From positions 3,627-67,626 of the forward strand of contig CAZYYM010000002.1 of the NCBI GenBank assembly GCA_964651385.1: DNA of 64,000 nucleotides. The letters run 5' to 3'. The position numbers and the translations under genes were made by a program. Each line of letters begins with the position of its first letter. Position 1 is the stretch's first letter. The DNA comes from an uncultured Gammaproteobacteria bacterium. Lineage in GTDB: Bacteria > Pseudomonadota > Gammaproteobacteria > GCA-001735895. This document shows positions 19,011-29,012 of the stretch, in pieces. The notes below the pieces were generated by a model. The model was not told the DNA's origin. It saw only the letters and a list, made by a program, of their open reading frames with translations, and searched no databases.

Positions 19011-19921
19011 GATTTGTCCAGCCCCAGGGGAAACCCGAGACTCTCTCGCGAGTCATAATAAGCTTGTGCAACGCCACGGGACAACGTTCTTACCCGCAGA
19101 ATAATTCGTTGCCGCTCGGTGACAGAAATAGCATGACGTGCATCGAGCAAGTTGAAAGCATGCGACGCTTTCATGACCTGCTCATAGGCCGGTAATGGCA
19201 ATTTTTGGTCGATCAGAACCCGGCACTGTTTTTCGCAAACATCAAACCAGTTGAATAGCGCATCGGTATCAGCCAGCTCGAAATTATAAGTCGATTGCTC
19301 AAATTCATTCTGACGATAAATATCACCATAGGTGACGGCACCCCGCGGGCCGTTCGCCCAGACCAGATCGTAAATACTGTCGACACCCTGCATATACATT
19401 GCCAGGCGTTCGATACCATAGGTAATTTCTCCGGAAACCGGCCGGCACTCAAGGCCCCCTACCTGTTGAAAATAGGTAAACTGACTGATTTCCATACCAT
19501 TCAACCAGACTTCCCAACCCAGACCCCAGGCACCGAGTGTCGGCGATTCCCAGTTGTCTTCAACAAAACGAATATCGTGAACAAGTGTATCGAAGCCTAG
19601 CGTTCGTAAAGATTCCAGGTAAAGATCCTGAAAATTATCCGGCGAGGGCTTCAGCAGTACCTGAAACTGGAAATAATGCTGGAGCCGATTTGGATTTTCT
19701 CCATAGCGCCCATCGGTCGGTCGCCGACTCGGTTGAACATACGCGGCACGCCAGGGTTCCGGGCCTACCGCGCGTAAGAAGGTTGCAGGATGAAAAGTAC
19801 CGGCGCCAACCTCCATATCCAATGGCTGCATGATCACGCAGCCCTGTTTGGACCAGTAGTTCTGTAAGGTATGAATTATGCCCTGAAAGCTCGTCAAATC
19901 GGTCGCAGACACCACACTCAT
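19007..19921 (-). CDS. glyQ: glycine--tRNA ligase alpha subunit
   Basis: Highly conserved GlyQ sequence ([17 protein letters not shown]...[26 protein letters not shown]). Confidence 0.97.
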   Translation of the reverse strand: MSVVSATDLTSFQGIIHTLQNYWSKQGCVIMQPLDMEVGAGTFHPATFLRAVGPEPWRAAYVQPSRRPTDGRYGENPNRLQHYFQFQVLLKPSPDNFQDLYLESLRTLGFDTLVHDIRFVEDNWESPTLGAWGLGWEVWLNGMEISQFTYFQQVGGLECRPVSGEITYGIERLAMYMQGVDSIYDLVWANGPRGAVTYGDIYRQNEFEQSTYNFELADTDALFNWFDVCEKQCRVLIDQKLPLPAYEQVMKASHAFNLLDARHAISVTERQRIILRVRTLSRGVAQAYYDSRESLGFPLGLDKS

Positions 19922-19953
19922 TAAATTTAATAACCGATAAAAAAATCGCCGTG

Positions 19954-19982
19954 ATTATAGCGAACTGCGGCTAATTCGACAT
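19954..19982 (-). promoter_or_regulatory. candidate sigma70 promoter of glyQS
   Basis: Perfect TATAAT on the minus strand (plus-strand attata 19954-19959), 33 nt upstream of the glyQ ATG. The -35 at 17-nt spacing (atgtcg) matches only 3/6. Confidence 0.35.
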
Positions 19983-20284
19983 GTCTTTTTAAGGCTTTCC
20001 ATGATTTCTCGAATATATTCATCTGAACCCGGTGCATCGGTTTTATTAATCGCTTGCCGAATCACAGCCGGTGTCCGGGTGTATATCTGTGTCCAAAATA
20101 ATTGGCGACAAGCCGTTTGTCTGGCCTGGATGAGCGTTCTATTCGTTGGACCCTTGATTTTGAATTCACCGAGAATTTGGCTGAAAATCTACTAAACTAG
20201 ACTAGTCGAAATACTTACCAACAGAGTTGTTTTCAATGCGCAAGTAAGTAATGATTCCCCGGTTCAATTTGTATATAGTTCGTT

Positions 20285-20812
20285 ATGATTCAACTTCTCA
20301 ACCAGTGGTTGCACTGCCTGAAGCATTATGCCTTGATGAGCTTATTTGCTTCCGGGCCGAATAAGCTGCCCTATCGGCTGGATTGCCTGACGCTTACCGT
20401 TTTCTGTTATTGCCTGCTTGGATTGGCGTTGGTCGACGCCCAACGCAGCTTTGGCGTGGTGCTACTGCAAATCGGACTGGAAATTTCACTATTGGGGCTG
20501 CTCGCTTTCCTCGGATTAAAATGGCTGAAAAAGCTATCGCGATTTTCGCAATGTTTCTCAGCACTGGTTGGCGTCAATTTTGTCATCAGTGCTGTCACCA
20601 TTCCGGTATTCCACTGGATCACACCGGATATCAACAGCGACGGCAATATAGATAACAGCCTATTATACGTTACCATGGCCATGGTAATCTGGAATCTGGC
20701 TGCGATTTCACAAATTTTAAAACGCACGTTTGAAATCAATACGGTTATGTCAGCCATGATCGCTATTAACTACTTTCTAATTTACCAATTCTCGGTTGTC
20801 TGGTTTTACTAG
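20285..20812 (+). CDS. hypothetical inner-membrane protein
   Basis: 175-aa ORF with 4-5 predicted TM helices (LTLTVFCYCLLGLALV, LLQIGLEISLLGLLAFLGL, VGVNFVISAVTIPVF, LLYVTMAMVIWNLAAI, MSAMIAINYFLIY). Ends 2 nt before mpl. Confidence 0.55.
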   Translation: MIQLLNQWLHCLKHYALMSLFASGPNKLPYRLDCLTLTVFCYCLLGLALVDAQRSFGVVLLQIGLEISLLGLLAFLGLKWLKKLSRFSQCFSALVGVNFVISAVTIPVFHWITPDINSDGNIDNSLLYVTMAMVIWNLAAISQILKRTFEINTVMSAMIAINYFLIYQFSVVWFY

Positions 20813-20813
20813 C

Positions 20814-22163
20814 TTGAAGATATACATACTGGGCATCTGTGGCACATTCATGGCAGGTATTGCACTGCTCGCGCGTGAGCTCGGCGTCGAAGTTAGCGGC
20901 TCTGACAGTCAGGTTTATCCTCCGATGAGCACACAGCTGAGTGATGCCGGCATCCATTTATACGAGGGTTATGACGCAAAATCACTACCCCGAGACATTG
21001 ATACATTTATCGTCGGGAATGCTATCACTCGCGGTAATCCGCAGTTTGAATTCATCCTCAATAGCAACCTGCCTTATCGTTCAGCACCACAGTGGTTATA
21101 CGAAAACGTCCTCGCTAAACGATGGGTGCTGGCAGTCGCCGGTACTCACGGTAAAACAACGACCAGCAGCATGTTGGCCTGGATTTTAGATTATGCGGGA
21201 TTGAATCCGGGCTATCTGATAGGTGGCATGACAAAGAATTTCAACCTGTCGGCAAGGCTAGGCGAAGATCCTTTTTTTGTCATTGAGGCGGATGAATACG
21301 ATACCGCGCTGTTCGATAAACGCTCTAAATTTGTGCATTATCACCCACGAACTTTAGTGTTGAATAATTTAGAATTTGATCATGCCGATATTTTTAGTAG
21401 CCTCTCAGACATCCAGCGACAATTCCACCATCTGGTGCGCATGATTCCTGAAAACGCTTTAATCATTCATAATGGGGATTGCGACGCCCTCAAGCAGGTA
21501 CTCGATATGGGTTGTTGGAGCGAATGCCTGGCTTTATCAGAGAATGCAGCGAACAACGGATTCAGTCTCGGCCAGGATAAACAACTCCGCGATAATGATA
21601 ATCGCCACAATTACACGCTAATACTGCAGCAAACAGGGGGTTTTAATTTGTTTAATGCCGCTGCGGCAATGCTGGCAGCCCGCCACGCCGGGGTCCCATT
21701 GCAAACGTCGATTGAGGCACTGGAACGGTTTGAAGGTGTAAAGCGCCGGCAGGAAGTCATCGCCGAGATTGGCGGCGTCCGCATTATAGACGATTTTGCC
21801 CATCACCCTACAGCCATCGAGTTAACCTTGCAAGCACTGCGCACGCAGACCACAGGTCGGCTTTTTGCGGTGCTTGATATCCGTTCGAATACCATGAAGA
21901 TGGGCGCTCACGCTGACACGCTCGGCCAGTCTCTCGGCGCAGCAGATGTGGTATTAATGTGTGAAAATCCGTCTTTGCAATGGAATATTCATGCAATTGA
22001 AAGCGCAAAGTCTACTCATATTGTGTTGAAATCAAATGTTGATCAGATCATCGAGCATCTGCTCAATAATTGCCGGCCTGGCGATCAAATCGTTATCATG
22101 AGTAATGGAGGTTTTGATAACATACACCGGAGATTAATTCAGGCCATGCGATCCAGGCAATAG
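20814..22163 (+). CDS. mpl: UDP-N-acetylmuramate:L-alanyl-gamma-D-glutamyl-meso-diaminopimelate ligase
   Basis: Mur-ligase motifs (KIYILGICGTFMAG, AVAGTHGKTTTSSM, DEYDTA). TTG 20814 gives the canonical MKIYILG N-terminus. The ORF track uses the TTG at 20796. Confidence 0.9.
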   Translation: MKIYILGICGTFMAGIALLARELGVEVSGSDSQVYPPMSTQLSDAGIHLYEGYDAKSLPRDIDTFIVGNAITRGNPQFEFILNSNLPYRSAPQWLYENVLAKRWVLAVAGTHGKTTTSSMLAWILDYAGLNPGYLIGGMTKNFNLSARLGEDPFFVIEADEYDTALFDKRSKFVHYHPRTLVLNNLEFDHADIFSSLSDIQRQFHHLVRMIPENALIIHNGDCDALKQVLDMGCWSECLALSENAANNGFSLGQDKQLRDNDNRHNYTLILQQTGGFNLFNAAAAMLAARHAGVPLQTSIEALERFEGVKRRQEVIAEIGGVRIIDDFAHHPTAIELTLQALRTQTTGRLFAVLDIRSNTMKMGAHADTLGQSLGAADVVLMCENPSLQWNIHAIESAKSTHIVLKSNVDQIIEHLLNNCRPGDQIVIMSNGGFDNIHRRLIQAMRSRQ

Positions 22164-22164
22164 T

Positions 22165-23478
22165 ATGCAATTAAAAAAGACGCAACGACCTACCAAAATC
22201 GCTAAATACGAAATCAAACGACGCATTGGTCGTGGCTCGATGGGCGTTGTATACGAAGCATACGATCCGTTTGTTCAACGTACGGTTGCCATTAAAATTG
22301 CGCACTATCAAGATAACATTCCCAACACCACCAAACGAAAATTAAGCGAGGCATTTTTCTCTGAAGTTTATAGCGCAGGTAAAATGCAACACCCCTCGGT
22401 AGTCAGTGTTTACGATGCCGGACAGGAAGGTGACATGAATTACATTGTCATGGAATTTGTCGATGGCACTACCCTTCAGGATTATGTCGCTGGCAAAAAA
22501 AAACTGACCTGCAGTCAAGTCATCGATGTCATTTATCAATGCGCCAAAGGCCTCGACTATGTGCACCGCCAGGATGTCATCCACCGTGACCTCAAGCCAG
22601 GTAACATTATGCTGAGTAACGAAGGCGAGGTGAAGATCATGGATTTCAGTATCGCCCATGTTGATGTCGGGCTTGGTGATCCGGATACCGACTTGCAAGG
22701 TTCACCGATGTATATGCCACCGGAACAGCTCTCGGAAGAAAAACGTCTGGTATTCCAGTCGGATATCTACTCACTCGGTGCGGTAATGTACGCCTTGTTA
22801 GCGCACAAGGCACCATTTAAAGCCAGTAACCTCGAATCCTTGATCTATAAAATCAGCAATCTGGATCCAACTCCTCTGGGTGACATTTGCCCGGATGTAC
22901 CCGAACACATCGTCAATACAGTCGATAAGGCGATGCAGAAAATAATCTACGACCGCTATGAATCGGCCCACGAATTCGCACATGCCCTCAGCAGGTCACT
23001 CGGACGCTTACGCGATGTTGGCGAACGCATCGACATGCAGGAAAAATGGAAAACGCTTCGATATTTGCACTTTTTCAAGGATTTTAACGATGATCAGATC
23101 ACCGACGTCGTCAATGCCAGCGAGTGGAAGGAATACGACAAAGGCGAAGTCATCATTACCGAAGGCGAAGTGGAAACATCGTTTTATATTATAGCCAAAG
23201 GTGGTGTCGAAGTAGTAAGAAAAGAAGTAGTTGTCGGTATCATGAAGCAGGGTGATTGCTTTGGAGAAATCGCTTTTATGACGCGCCGGCCGCTTGTTGC
23301 TACCATAAGGGCGAGAACCACCGTCACCCTGATGAGCGTGAGTACCTCCTTGATGGAGCAGGCGCCTATTGAAACTCAGCTGCAATATTATCGTATTTTT
23401 CTCGAAAACCTGATCTCCAGATTATCGCAGGCTACCGACAAATTAATTGATGCCGACAAAACGCTGTCCGAGGTATGA
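22165..23478 (+). CDS. Hanks-type Ser/Thr protein kinase fused to a C-terminal cyclic-nucleotide-binding domain
   Basis: Kinase subdomains IGRGSMGVVY, VAIK, HRDLKPGNIM, DFS (in place of DFG), SPMYMPPE. The C-terminal CAP_ED-like part has FFKDF...GEVIITEGE...FGEIAFMTRRPLVATIRA. Confidence 0.85.
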   Translation: MQLKKTQRPTKIAKYEIKRRIGRGSMGVVYEAYDPFVQRTVAIKIAHYQDNIPNTTKRKLSEAFFSEVYSAGKMQHPSVVSVYDAGQEGDMNYIVMEFVDGTTLQDYVAGKKKLTCSQVIDVIYQCAKGLDYVHRQDVIHRDLKPGNIMLSNEGEVKIMDFSIAHVDVGLGDPDTDLQGSPMYMPPEQLSEEKRLVFQSDIYSLGAVMYALLAHKAPFKASNLESLIYKISNLDPTPLGDICPDVPEHIVNTVDKAMQKIIYDRYESAHEFAHALSRSLGRLRDVGERIDMQEKWKTLRYLHFFKDFNDDQITDVVNASEWKEYDKGEVIITEGEVETSFYIIAKGGVEVVRKEVVVGIMKQGDCFGEIAFMTRRPLVATIRARTTVTLMSVSTSLMEQAPIETQLQYYRIFLENLISRLSQATDKLIDADKTLSEV

Positions 23479-24083
23479 ACATCAAGACGCTAACGCTCGC
23501 GATAACCGGCGCTTCCGGTGCAGTTTATACGATTCGCCTCATGCGCCATTGCCTGGCGCGGGGCATTCATATTCAATTCCTCTGTTCACAACCGGGGCAG
23601 ATCGTGCTCGGAATGGAATCCGATCTTACACTCGGCGGATCGCCGCAAAAAATGCAATCGAGACTTGCTGCCTACTTTGAGGTCGTTCCGGAGCTGATCG
23701 ACGTCTACGGCAAAGACCAGTGGACCGCTCCGCCTGCCAGTGGTTCGTCCGTCGCGGATGCCATGGTAGTTTGTCCCTGTACTATGGGTTCGCTGGCATC
23801 GATTGCCGTCGGCGCCAGTGAAAACCTGATTCATCGTGCCGCCGATGTTATTATTAAGGAACGCAAACCTTTGATACTGGTACCCCGGGAAACACCATTT
23901 TCGAGCATTCATCTGGAAAACATGCTGAAACTTTCCAATCTTGGTGTCACTATATTACCGCCGAATCCCGGATTTTATCAGGGCGTCAATAGCGTGAATG
24001 ATCTGGTTGATTTTGTCGTCGCACGCATACTTGACCAACTCGGCATCGATAACCAGCTATCACCACGATGGGCAAACGACTAA
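23475..24083 (+). CDS. ubiX: flavin prenyltransferase UbiX
   Basis: LAITGASGAVY...VVCPCTMGSLASIAVG...PLILVPRETP is typical UbiX/Pad1. Its ATG overlaps the kinase stop (ATGA). Confidence 0.92.
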   Translation: MNIKTLTLAITGASGAVYTIRLMRHCLARGIHIQFLCSQPGQIVLGMESDLTLGGSPQKMQSRLAAYFEVVPELIDVYGKDQWTAPPASGSSVADAMVVCPCTMGSLASIAVGASENLIHRAADVIIKERKPLILVPRETPFSSIHLENMLKLSNLGVTILPPNPGFYQGVNSVNDLVDFVVARILDQLGIDNQLSPRWAND

Positions 24084-24090
24084 AAGACCA

Positions 24091-24696
24091 ATGAGCGGAT
24101 TACCTTTGTTCCCGTTAAAGACCGTGTTGTTGCCCGGCAATAAACTGTCATTGAAAATTTTTGAGCCGCGTTATGTCGACATGATTGCGCATTGCATGCG
24201 TGAAGATAGTCGTTTTGGTATCGTGCTCATACACCAGGGTGAAGAAACTTCGGTCGATGCGGATATTTTTTCGATCGGCACTACCGCCAGCATCGCCGAC
24301 TGGCAAAATCGCTCCGACGGACTACTCGGTATTACCGCACTCGGCCACGAGCGCTTCGAAATTAAAAGCACCAACACCCAGGCCGATGGTCTTACCCTTG
24401 CCAATATCGATATTATTTCTGAAGCCGTAAACAGGGAGATTCCCGAGCAATATATCTATATGCAGGAACTACTTGCCCACATCGGTGCCCAGGAAGGCAA
24501 GAGCGATGTCGAAACAGAAGATTTTGTGGCGATTCTGTATCAGCTTATCTACCTGTTACCGCTCGATACCAATCTCAAACAGCGACTGCTCGAAGTACCC
24601 GAATGCTCTGACCGGGCTGGCATTTTACACGCCGAATTGATCAGACTGGGGGTGATTCAGTATGTTAAACCAGAATCGATAGACAGCAACGGCTGA
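24091..24696 (+). CDS. LON N-terminal substrate-binding domain protein
   Basis: LPLFPLKTVLLPGNKLSLKIFEPRYVDMI is the Lon N-domain signature. ATG 24091 chosen; the ORF-track start at 23998 lies inside ubiX. Confidence 0.8.
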   Translation: MSGLPLFPLKTVLLPGNKLSLKIFEPRYVDMIAHCMREDSRFGIVLIHQGEETSVDADIFSIGTTASIADWQNRSDGLLGITALGHERFEIKSTNTQADGLTLANIDIISEAVNREIPEQYIYMQELLAHIGAQEGKSDVETEDFVAILYQLIYLLPLDTNLKQRLLEVPECSDRAGILHAELIRLGVIQYVKPESIDSNG

Positions 24697-24699
24697 GTC

Positions 24700-25431
24700 C
24701 TAAACCGAATAGCGAACTACAAACCGTCGTAATATTTCTCGGGCAAATGGCGTATCATCCTTGCTAATCGCATCGATCAAGCTCTGGGCCCGTTCTGGTT
24801 TGAAATACCCATGATTTTTATAGGCATGAACACGCAGGGTAAACCCCTGACTATCACCTTCTGGATGAAATTGAGTGGCATAGACGTTGTTACCTACGCG
24901 GAACATCTGTACCGGACAGTCATCACCCCTTAACAGCAATGTTGCCTTCGGAGGCAGTTGGTCGCAGGCCTCTTTATGCCCCAGCAACACTTGCATTTGC
25001 TCTGGAAAGCCTTTCAACAATCCGTCTTCGCGGCCATTTTCGGTAAGCCTGACCGTAACACAGCCTACTGCCTCTGCATATTGACCGGAAATTGGGGTAC
25101 TCAAGTAAGATCCGAGCAAACCGCAACCGGAACAGGCCCCGAGGAAAGGAAAATCGTTCGGTATAATTTCGTCAAAAAGTCGGGTAAAATCACGTTCGAT
25201 TTTTTTCTGGATCGGTAGTTTCCCGGCTTCGGGCGTACTAATATCAAACGGGCTGCCACCAACAATAACAGCCGAGTAGTCAGTCAGGGCTAAATCAGGT
25301 ATGCCATTTTGTTCAATACGGACACGACGGGTATCTATTGCACTCAATCCGCCATATTTCAGGATTGCCTCGAACTCGTTATCCGAAGTATCGTCTTCAG
25401 GGCGCAATTGTAAAATTAAAAATGGTTTCAT
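24700..25431 (-). CDS. class I glutamine amidotransferase family protein
   Basis: Nucleophile elbow LGACSGCGLLG and the His-Glu pair in ATQFHPE. About 240 aa, GuaA-N-like stand-alone GATase. Confidence 0.8.
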   Translation of the reverse strand: MKPFLILQLRPEDDTSDNEFEAILKYGGLSAIDTRRVRIEQNGIPDLALTDYSAVIVGGSPFDISTPEAGKLPIQKKIERDFTRLFDEIIPNDFPFLGACSGCGLLGSYLSTPISGQYAEAVGCVTVRLTENGREDGLLKGFPEQMQVLLGHKEACDQLPPKATLLLRGDDCPVQMFRVGNNVYATQFHPEGDSQGFTLRVHAYKNHGYFKPERAQSLIDAISKDDTPFAREILRRFVVRYSV

Positions 25432-25529
25432 CGACTCACCACAGATGGGTATAACATTTACCGCAGGGTTCCATTTGCCAACCAGCAGAGCTACACTTGA
25501 AAAAACCCATTAAAACCGGAACTATCACC

Positions 25530-26096
25530 ATGATCAAGAAACTAGTCCTGTTGAGCAGTTTTTTATTTTTTTCGTCGTACGCCTTGTCGGCCGAATTGGA
25601 AGGTGTTTTTGTCGACGATCAGGTCACCGTAGAAAATAGTGAAACCCTGGTACTAAACGGCATGGGCTTACGTGAGAAATTCTGGGTTGACGTCTATGTC
25701 GGTTCGCTCTACCTGCCGAAAAAAACCGAAAGCGTTGCTGATATTCTGTCGTCAAGAAATGCCTGGCGCATTCAAATGGACTTCGTTTATAAAGAAGTCG
25801 ACAAAGAAAAACTGGTTACTGCCTGGCGCGAAGGTTTTAATATGAATCAGGAAAAAGATGTCATAAATGCTATCAGTGATCGCATGGATCAATTTTATGG
25901 CTTTTTTAATGAGAATGCTGTCAAAAAAGACCAGTTTATTCTCGACTATATTCCCGGTAAAGGTACCACTGTCAGCAAGAACAAAAAGGTTCTCGGCACC
26001 ATACCCGGTGAAGATTTCAAAAAAGCGGTTCTCGAAATCTGGCTGGGTAACTTCCCCGCCGATAAAGATTTAAAACGCGGTATGTTAGGCCTCTAA
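25530..26096 (+). CDS. periplasmic chalcone-isomerase-like family protein
   Basis: Signal peptide [21 protein letters not shown], then [24 protein letters not shown], which is typical of bacterial chalcone-isomerase-like proteins. ATG 25530 preferred to the upstream TTG. Confidence 0.7.
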   Translation: MIKKLVLLSSFLFFSSYALSAELEGVFVDDQVTVENSETLVLNGMGLREKFWVDVYVGSLYLPKKTESVADILSSRNAWRIQMDFVYKEVDKEKLVTAWREGFNMNQEKDVINAISDRMDQFYGFFNENAVKKDQFILDYIPGKGTTVSKNKKVLGTIPGEDFKKAVLEIWLGNFPADKDLKRGMLGL

Positions 26097-27373
26097 AGCC
26101 CGGCAAAAACCCGGTCGGCAGATTCAACCGTCGCCTGAATCTGCGCGTCGGTATGCGCCGAACTGACAAAACCGGCTTCGAAAGCCGATGGCGCCAGATT
26201 AATACCCTGCGCCAGCATGCCATGGAAGAAGCGTTTGAATCGCTCGACATCACACTGGCTTACATGCTCGAAGCGACTCACCTGCGACTGCTCGGTAAAA
26301 AACAAACCAAACATGGCACCAACCCGATTGGCCTGCATCGGTACCCTATTTGCCCGTGCTTTATCAAGAATACCATTCACCAGTTGATCGGTTTTTCCAG
26401 TTAGTTCCTCGTAAAAACCGCCGCGCCTGATAATTTCCAGATTTTTCAATCCCGCAGCCATTGCGACAGGATTACCTGCCAAGGTGCCGGCTTGATACAC
26501 TGGCCCGAGTGGTGCAATATGGTTCATAATTTCACGTTTACCACCAAAAGCGCCTACAGGCATGCCGCCGCCGATGACCTTACCGAGCGTCGTGAGATCG
26601 GGTTTAATACCATAAAGCCCCTGTGCTCCCGCGAGCCCGACACGAAAGCCCGTCATCACCTCATCAAATATCAATACACTGCCGCTGGCATCGCAGGCTT
26701 CGCGTAAAGATTGTAGAAATCCATCCAGCGGCGGCACGCAGTTCATATTGCCGGCAACCGGTTCGACAATAATACAGGCGATATCAGTGCCTATCTCGGC
26801 CATTAACTGACGCACCTGATCGCTATTATTATATTCGAGCGTGATAGTGTTTTGCGCCAACGCTTCGGGTACCCCCGGCGAATTGGGGACACCCATGGTC
26901 AGGGCACCGGAGCCGGCTTTCACCAGCAACGAATCGGCGTGGCCGTGATAACAACCCTCAAATTTTACAATTTTGTCCCGACCGGTAAAACCACGTGCCA
27001 GACGAATTGCACTCATGGTTGCCTCGGTACCCGAACAGGTCATACGCACCAGATCCAGATTGGGCATGACTTCGCAGATTTTTTCGGCCAGCGCGACCTC
27101 GGCTCGAGTTGGTGCGCCGAAACTAAGGCCTTTGCGTACAGTTTCGACCACAGCGTCGATAATTTCAGGATTGGCATGACCGCAAATCATCGGCCCCCAG
27201 GATCCAACATAATCAATATAGGACTTGCCATCGACGTCAAACATCAGCGCGCCTTCAGCACGTTCGAAAAATACCGGCGTACCGCCGACGCCATTGAACG
27301 CCCGCACTGGTGAATTAACACCGCCCGGAATAAACTGGCAGGCCTGTTCGAATAAAATATCTGATTGGTTCAT
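26093..27373 (-). CDS. hemL: glutamate-1-semialdehyde 2,1-aminomutase
   Basis: [20 protein letters not shown] and the PLP-lysine context [21 protein letters not shown] 27373 (aggac RBS) preferred to the TTG at 27391. Confidence 0.96.
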   Translation of the reverse strand: MNQSDILFEQACQFIPGGVNSPVRAFNGVGGTPVFFERAEGALMFDVDGKSYIDYVGSWGPMICGHANPEIIDAVVETVRKGLSFGAPTRAEVALAEKICEVMPNLDLVRMTCSGTEATMSAIRLARGFTGRDKIVKFEGCYHGHADSLLVKAGSGALTMGVPNSPGVPEALAQNTITLEYNNSDQVRQLMAEIGTDIACIIVEPVAGNMNCVPPLDGFLQSLREACDASGSVLIFDEVMTGFRVGLAGAQGLYGIKPDLTTLGKVIGGGMPVGAFGGKREIMNHIAPLGPVYQAGTLAGNPVAMAAGLKNLEIIRRGGFYEELTGKTDQLVNGILDKARANRVPMQANRVGAMFGLFFTEQSQVSRFEHVSQCDVERFKRFFHGMLAQGINLAPSAFEAGFVSSAHTDAQIQATVESADRVFAGL

Positions 27374-27399
27374 ATTACAAGTCCTGTTCAAAAGTTTTG

Positions 27400-28218
27400 T
27401 CAGTCGGTTTCGTCTTCTTCATACATCCAGTAAAATCGGCAAGGCTGCATCTGCCCCATGCCAAAACGGGAGGCATGTTTCAGTGTCTGCCAACAATAGT
27501 TTTGCGCCTCCCCACTGGCAACAATCAAATCCAGCCCCTGTGCCAGTAATGCTGCGAGGCTCGCCGACAAGGTACAACCGGCGCCGTAAAATTCACCACC
27601 AAGTCGCGGCCACTCGTACTGTTCAATAATGCGAAAATTATGGTAGAGCGTATTTACTACCGTTTCGCTGGATTCGCGTCGCCCACCGAGCAAAATGTGC
27701 TCGCAACCCCCGTCCATCAACCCTTGCACCATCGCGTTCAGATTATCGGCTTCGGGAATCAGCATCGCCGCTTCCAACCTGCTCAGTGATAACAGATTAG
27801 CATGCGGAATCAGTAATTCTCGTATGGATTCGATAACCTCGTCTTCGACCAGTTCCATGCTATTGCTGGATATCAGCATCGGGTCAAATATTACCGGCGT
27901 GTCAGGGTAATCGACAAGGATTCCCTGAATCGCTTCGACGCCCTCTCCGCTGCCAATGAAGCCGACCTTGATCGCAGTAACCGGATTGTCCTCAAGTACC
28001 GCTCGCGCACTTTGAATGATGATATCGTCATCAATGGGAATCAGGCTCGAGACTGACTGCGAATCCTGCACGCTGAGACAGGTGACCACCGTATTCGCAT
28101 GGCAACCCTGACTGACGATCGCCTCCACATCAGCAGTAACACCGCTGGCGCCGGTTGAATCGTGAAAATTAAAACTGAGTACCGTTGGATTCGGTACAGT
28201 TTTGTCAGCTTTGGGCAT
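27400..28218 (-). CDS. thiD: hydroxymethylpyrimidine/phosphomethylpyrimidine kinase-like protein (divergent ThiD)
   Basis: Ribokinase-fold ThiD layout with C-terminal [18 protein letters not shown]. The N-terminal anion-hole motif is [13 protein letters not shown] where E. coli has GTDPSGGAGIQAD. Sits next to hemL as in Pseudomonas. Confidence 0.72.
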   Translation of the reverse strand: MPKADKTVPNPTVLSFNFHDSTGASGVTADVEAIVSQGCHANTVVTCLSVQDSQSVSSLIPIDDDIIIQSARAVLEDNPVTAIKVGFIGSGEGVEAIQGILVDYPDTPVIFDPMLISSNSMELVEDEVIESIRELLIPHANLLSLSRLEAAMLIPEADNLNAMVQGLMDGGCEHILLGGRRESSETVVNTLYHNFRIIEQYEWPRLGGEFYGAGCTLSASLAALLAQGLDLIVASGEAQNYCWQTLKHASRFGMGQMQPCRFYWMYEEDETD

Positions 28219-28982
28219 TATTGCAGGGGGATGTTGTCTTTGCCACTATCAGGCACCGGAGTCTTATAGATGGCAGTATTTATCCGTTCAATATAATTGT
28301 TAGGCACTTTTTTTGAACAAAACAGATAGCGCTTATTACCCTGCGGTAAGCCAAGGTCCCGTGTCTTGAAATCATTTTTCTTGAATCCCTCTTTTAGAAT
28401 CGATGTGTTTACCTCTTCAGGCGCCATTAGCATATAATCAAAACGACCTTTTTTCAGCATATGAATAAGGGTCTTCTGGGGGGCGCTAACCTCAATGACC
28501 GGGGGGCGGATTTCACTGATAAAATTATCGATAATGTCTCCATAAGAAAATGTGCTGTTTTTACCTAGTGTCAAGTTTTGGTTAGCGAATAAATTGCTAA
28601 TATCACTAATATTTTTAAATCTTTTATCGGAAGATCTAATCAATGCAACCAAGGGCTTATTTTGATAGATAGCATCTGTGAAATTGCCAAATTTTTCCCG
28701 CTCATCATTTTTAAACCAGCCTACAGAACAAATCGGACTGGCATTTATACGAATTCGATTCAGTATGCCTTTAGCGGTGGACTGGCGTACTTTATAGGGC
28801 ACCTTTGCTGTTTTTAATACCTCAATTTGCCACTCCAGCAGAAAGCCTTTGGGAATATTATTCTGAAGATAATAATATGGCGCACGATCAATAAATGACA
28901 ATATGATTTCGTCCGACTGCGCCCATAGACACTCGGACTGAATAAACACTATAAAAATAGGTATTATCTTAAATTTCATCAT
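28218..28982 (-). CDS. periplasmic family-3 solute-binding-like protein (orphan, no transporter partner)
   Basis: Signal peptide MMKFKIIPIFIVFIQSECLWA and a two-lobe SBP_bac_3-like layout (FIDRAPYYY...GRFDYMLMAPEE). The stop shares one nt with the thiD-like ATG (TAATG). AT-rich. Confidence 0.62.
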   Translation of the reverse strand: MMKFKIIPIFIVFIQSECLWAQSDEIILSFIDRAPYYYLQNNIPKGFLLEWQIEVLKTAKVPYKVRQSTAKGILNRIRINASPICSVGWFKNDEREKFGNFTDAIYQNKPLVALIRSSDKRFKNISDISNLFANQNLTLGKNSTFSYGDIIDNFISEIRPPVIEVSAPQKTLIHMLKKGRFDYMLMAPEEVNTSILKEGFKKNDFKTRDLGLPQGNKRYLFCSKKVPNNYIERINTAIYKTPVPDSGKDNIPLQ

Positions 28983-29012
28983 TTCTTCAGTTACTCAGCT
29001 GTTTCTGACAAA

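Noticed and set aside
20001-20195. 64-aa plus-strand ORF in the glyQ-upstream gap.
   Set aside because: There is no RBS and the translation is hydrophobic noise. The opposite strand carries the more protein-like (but start-less) frame.
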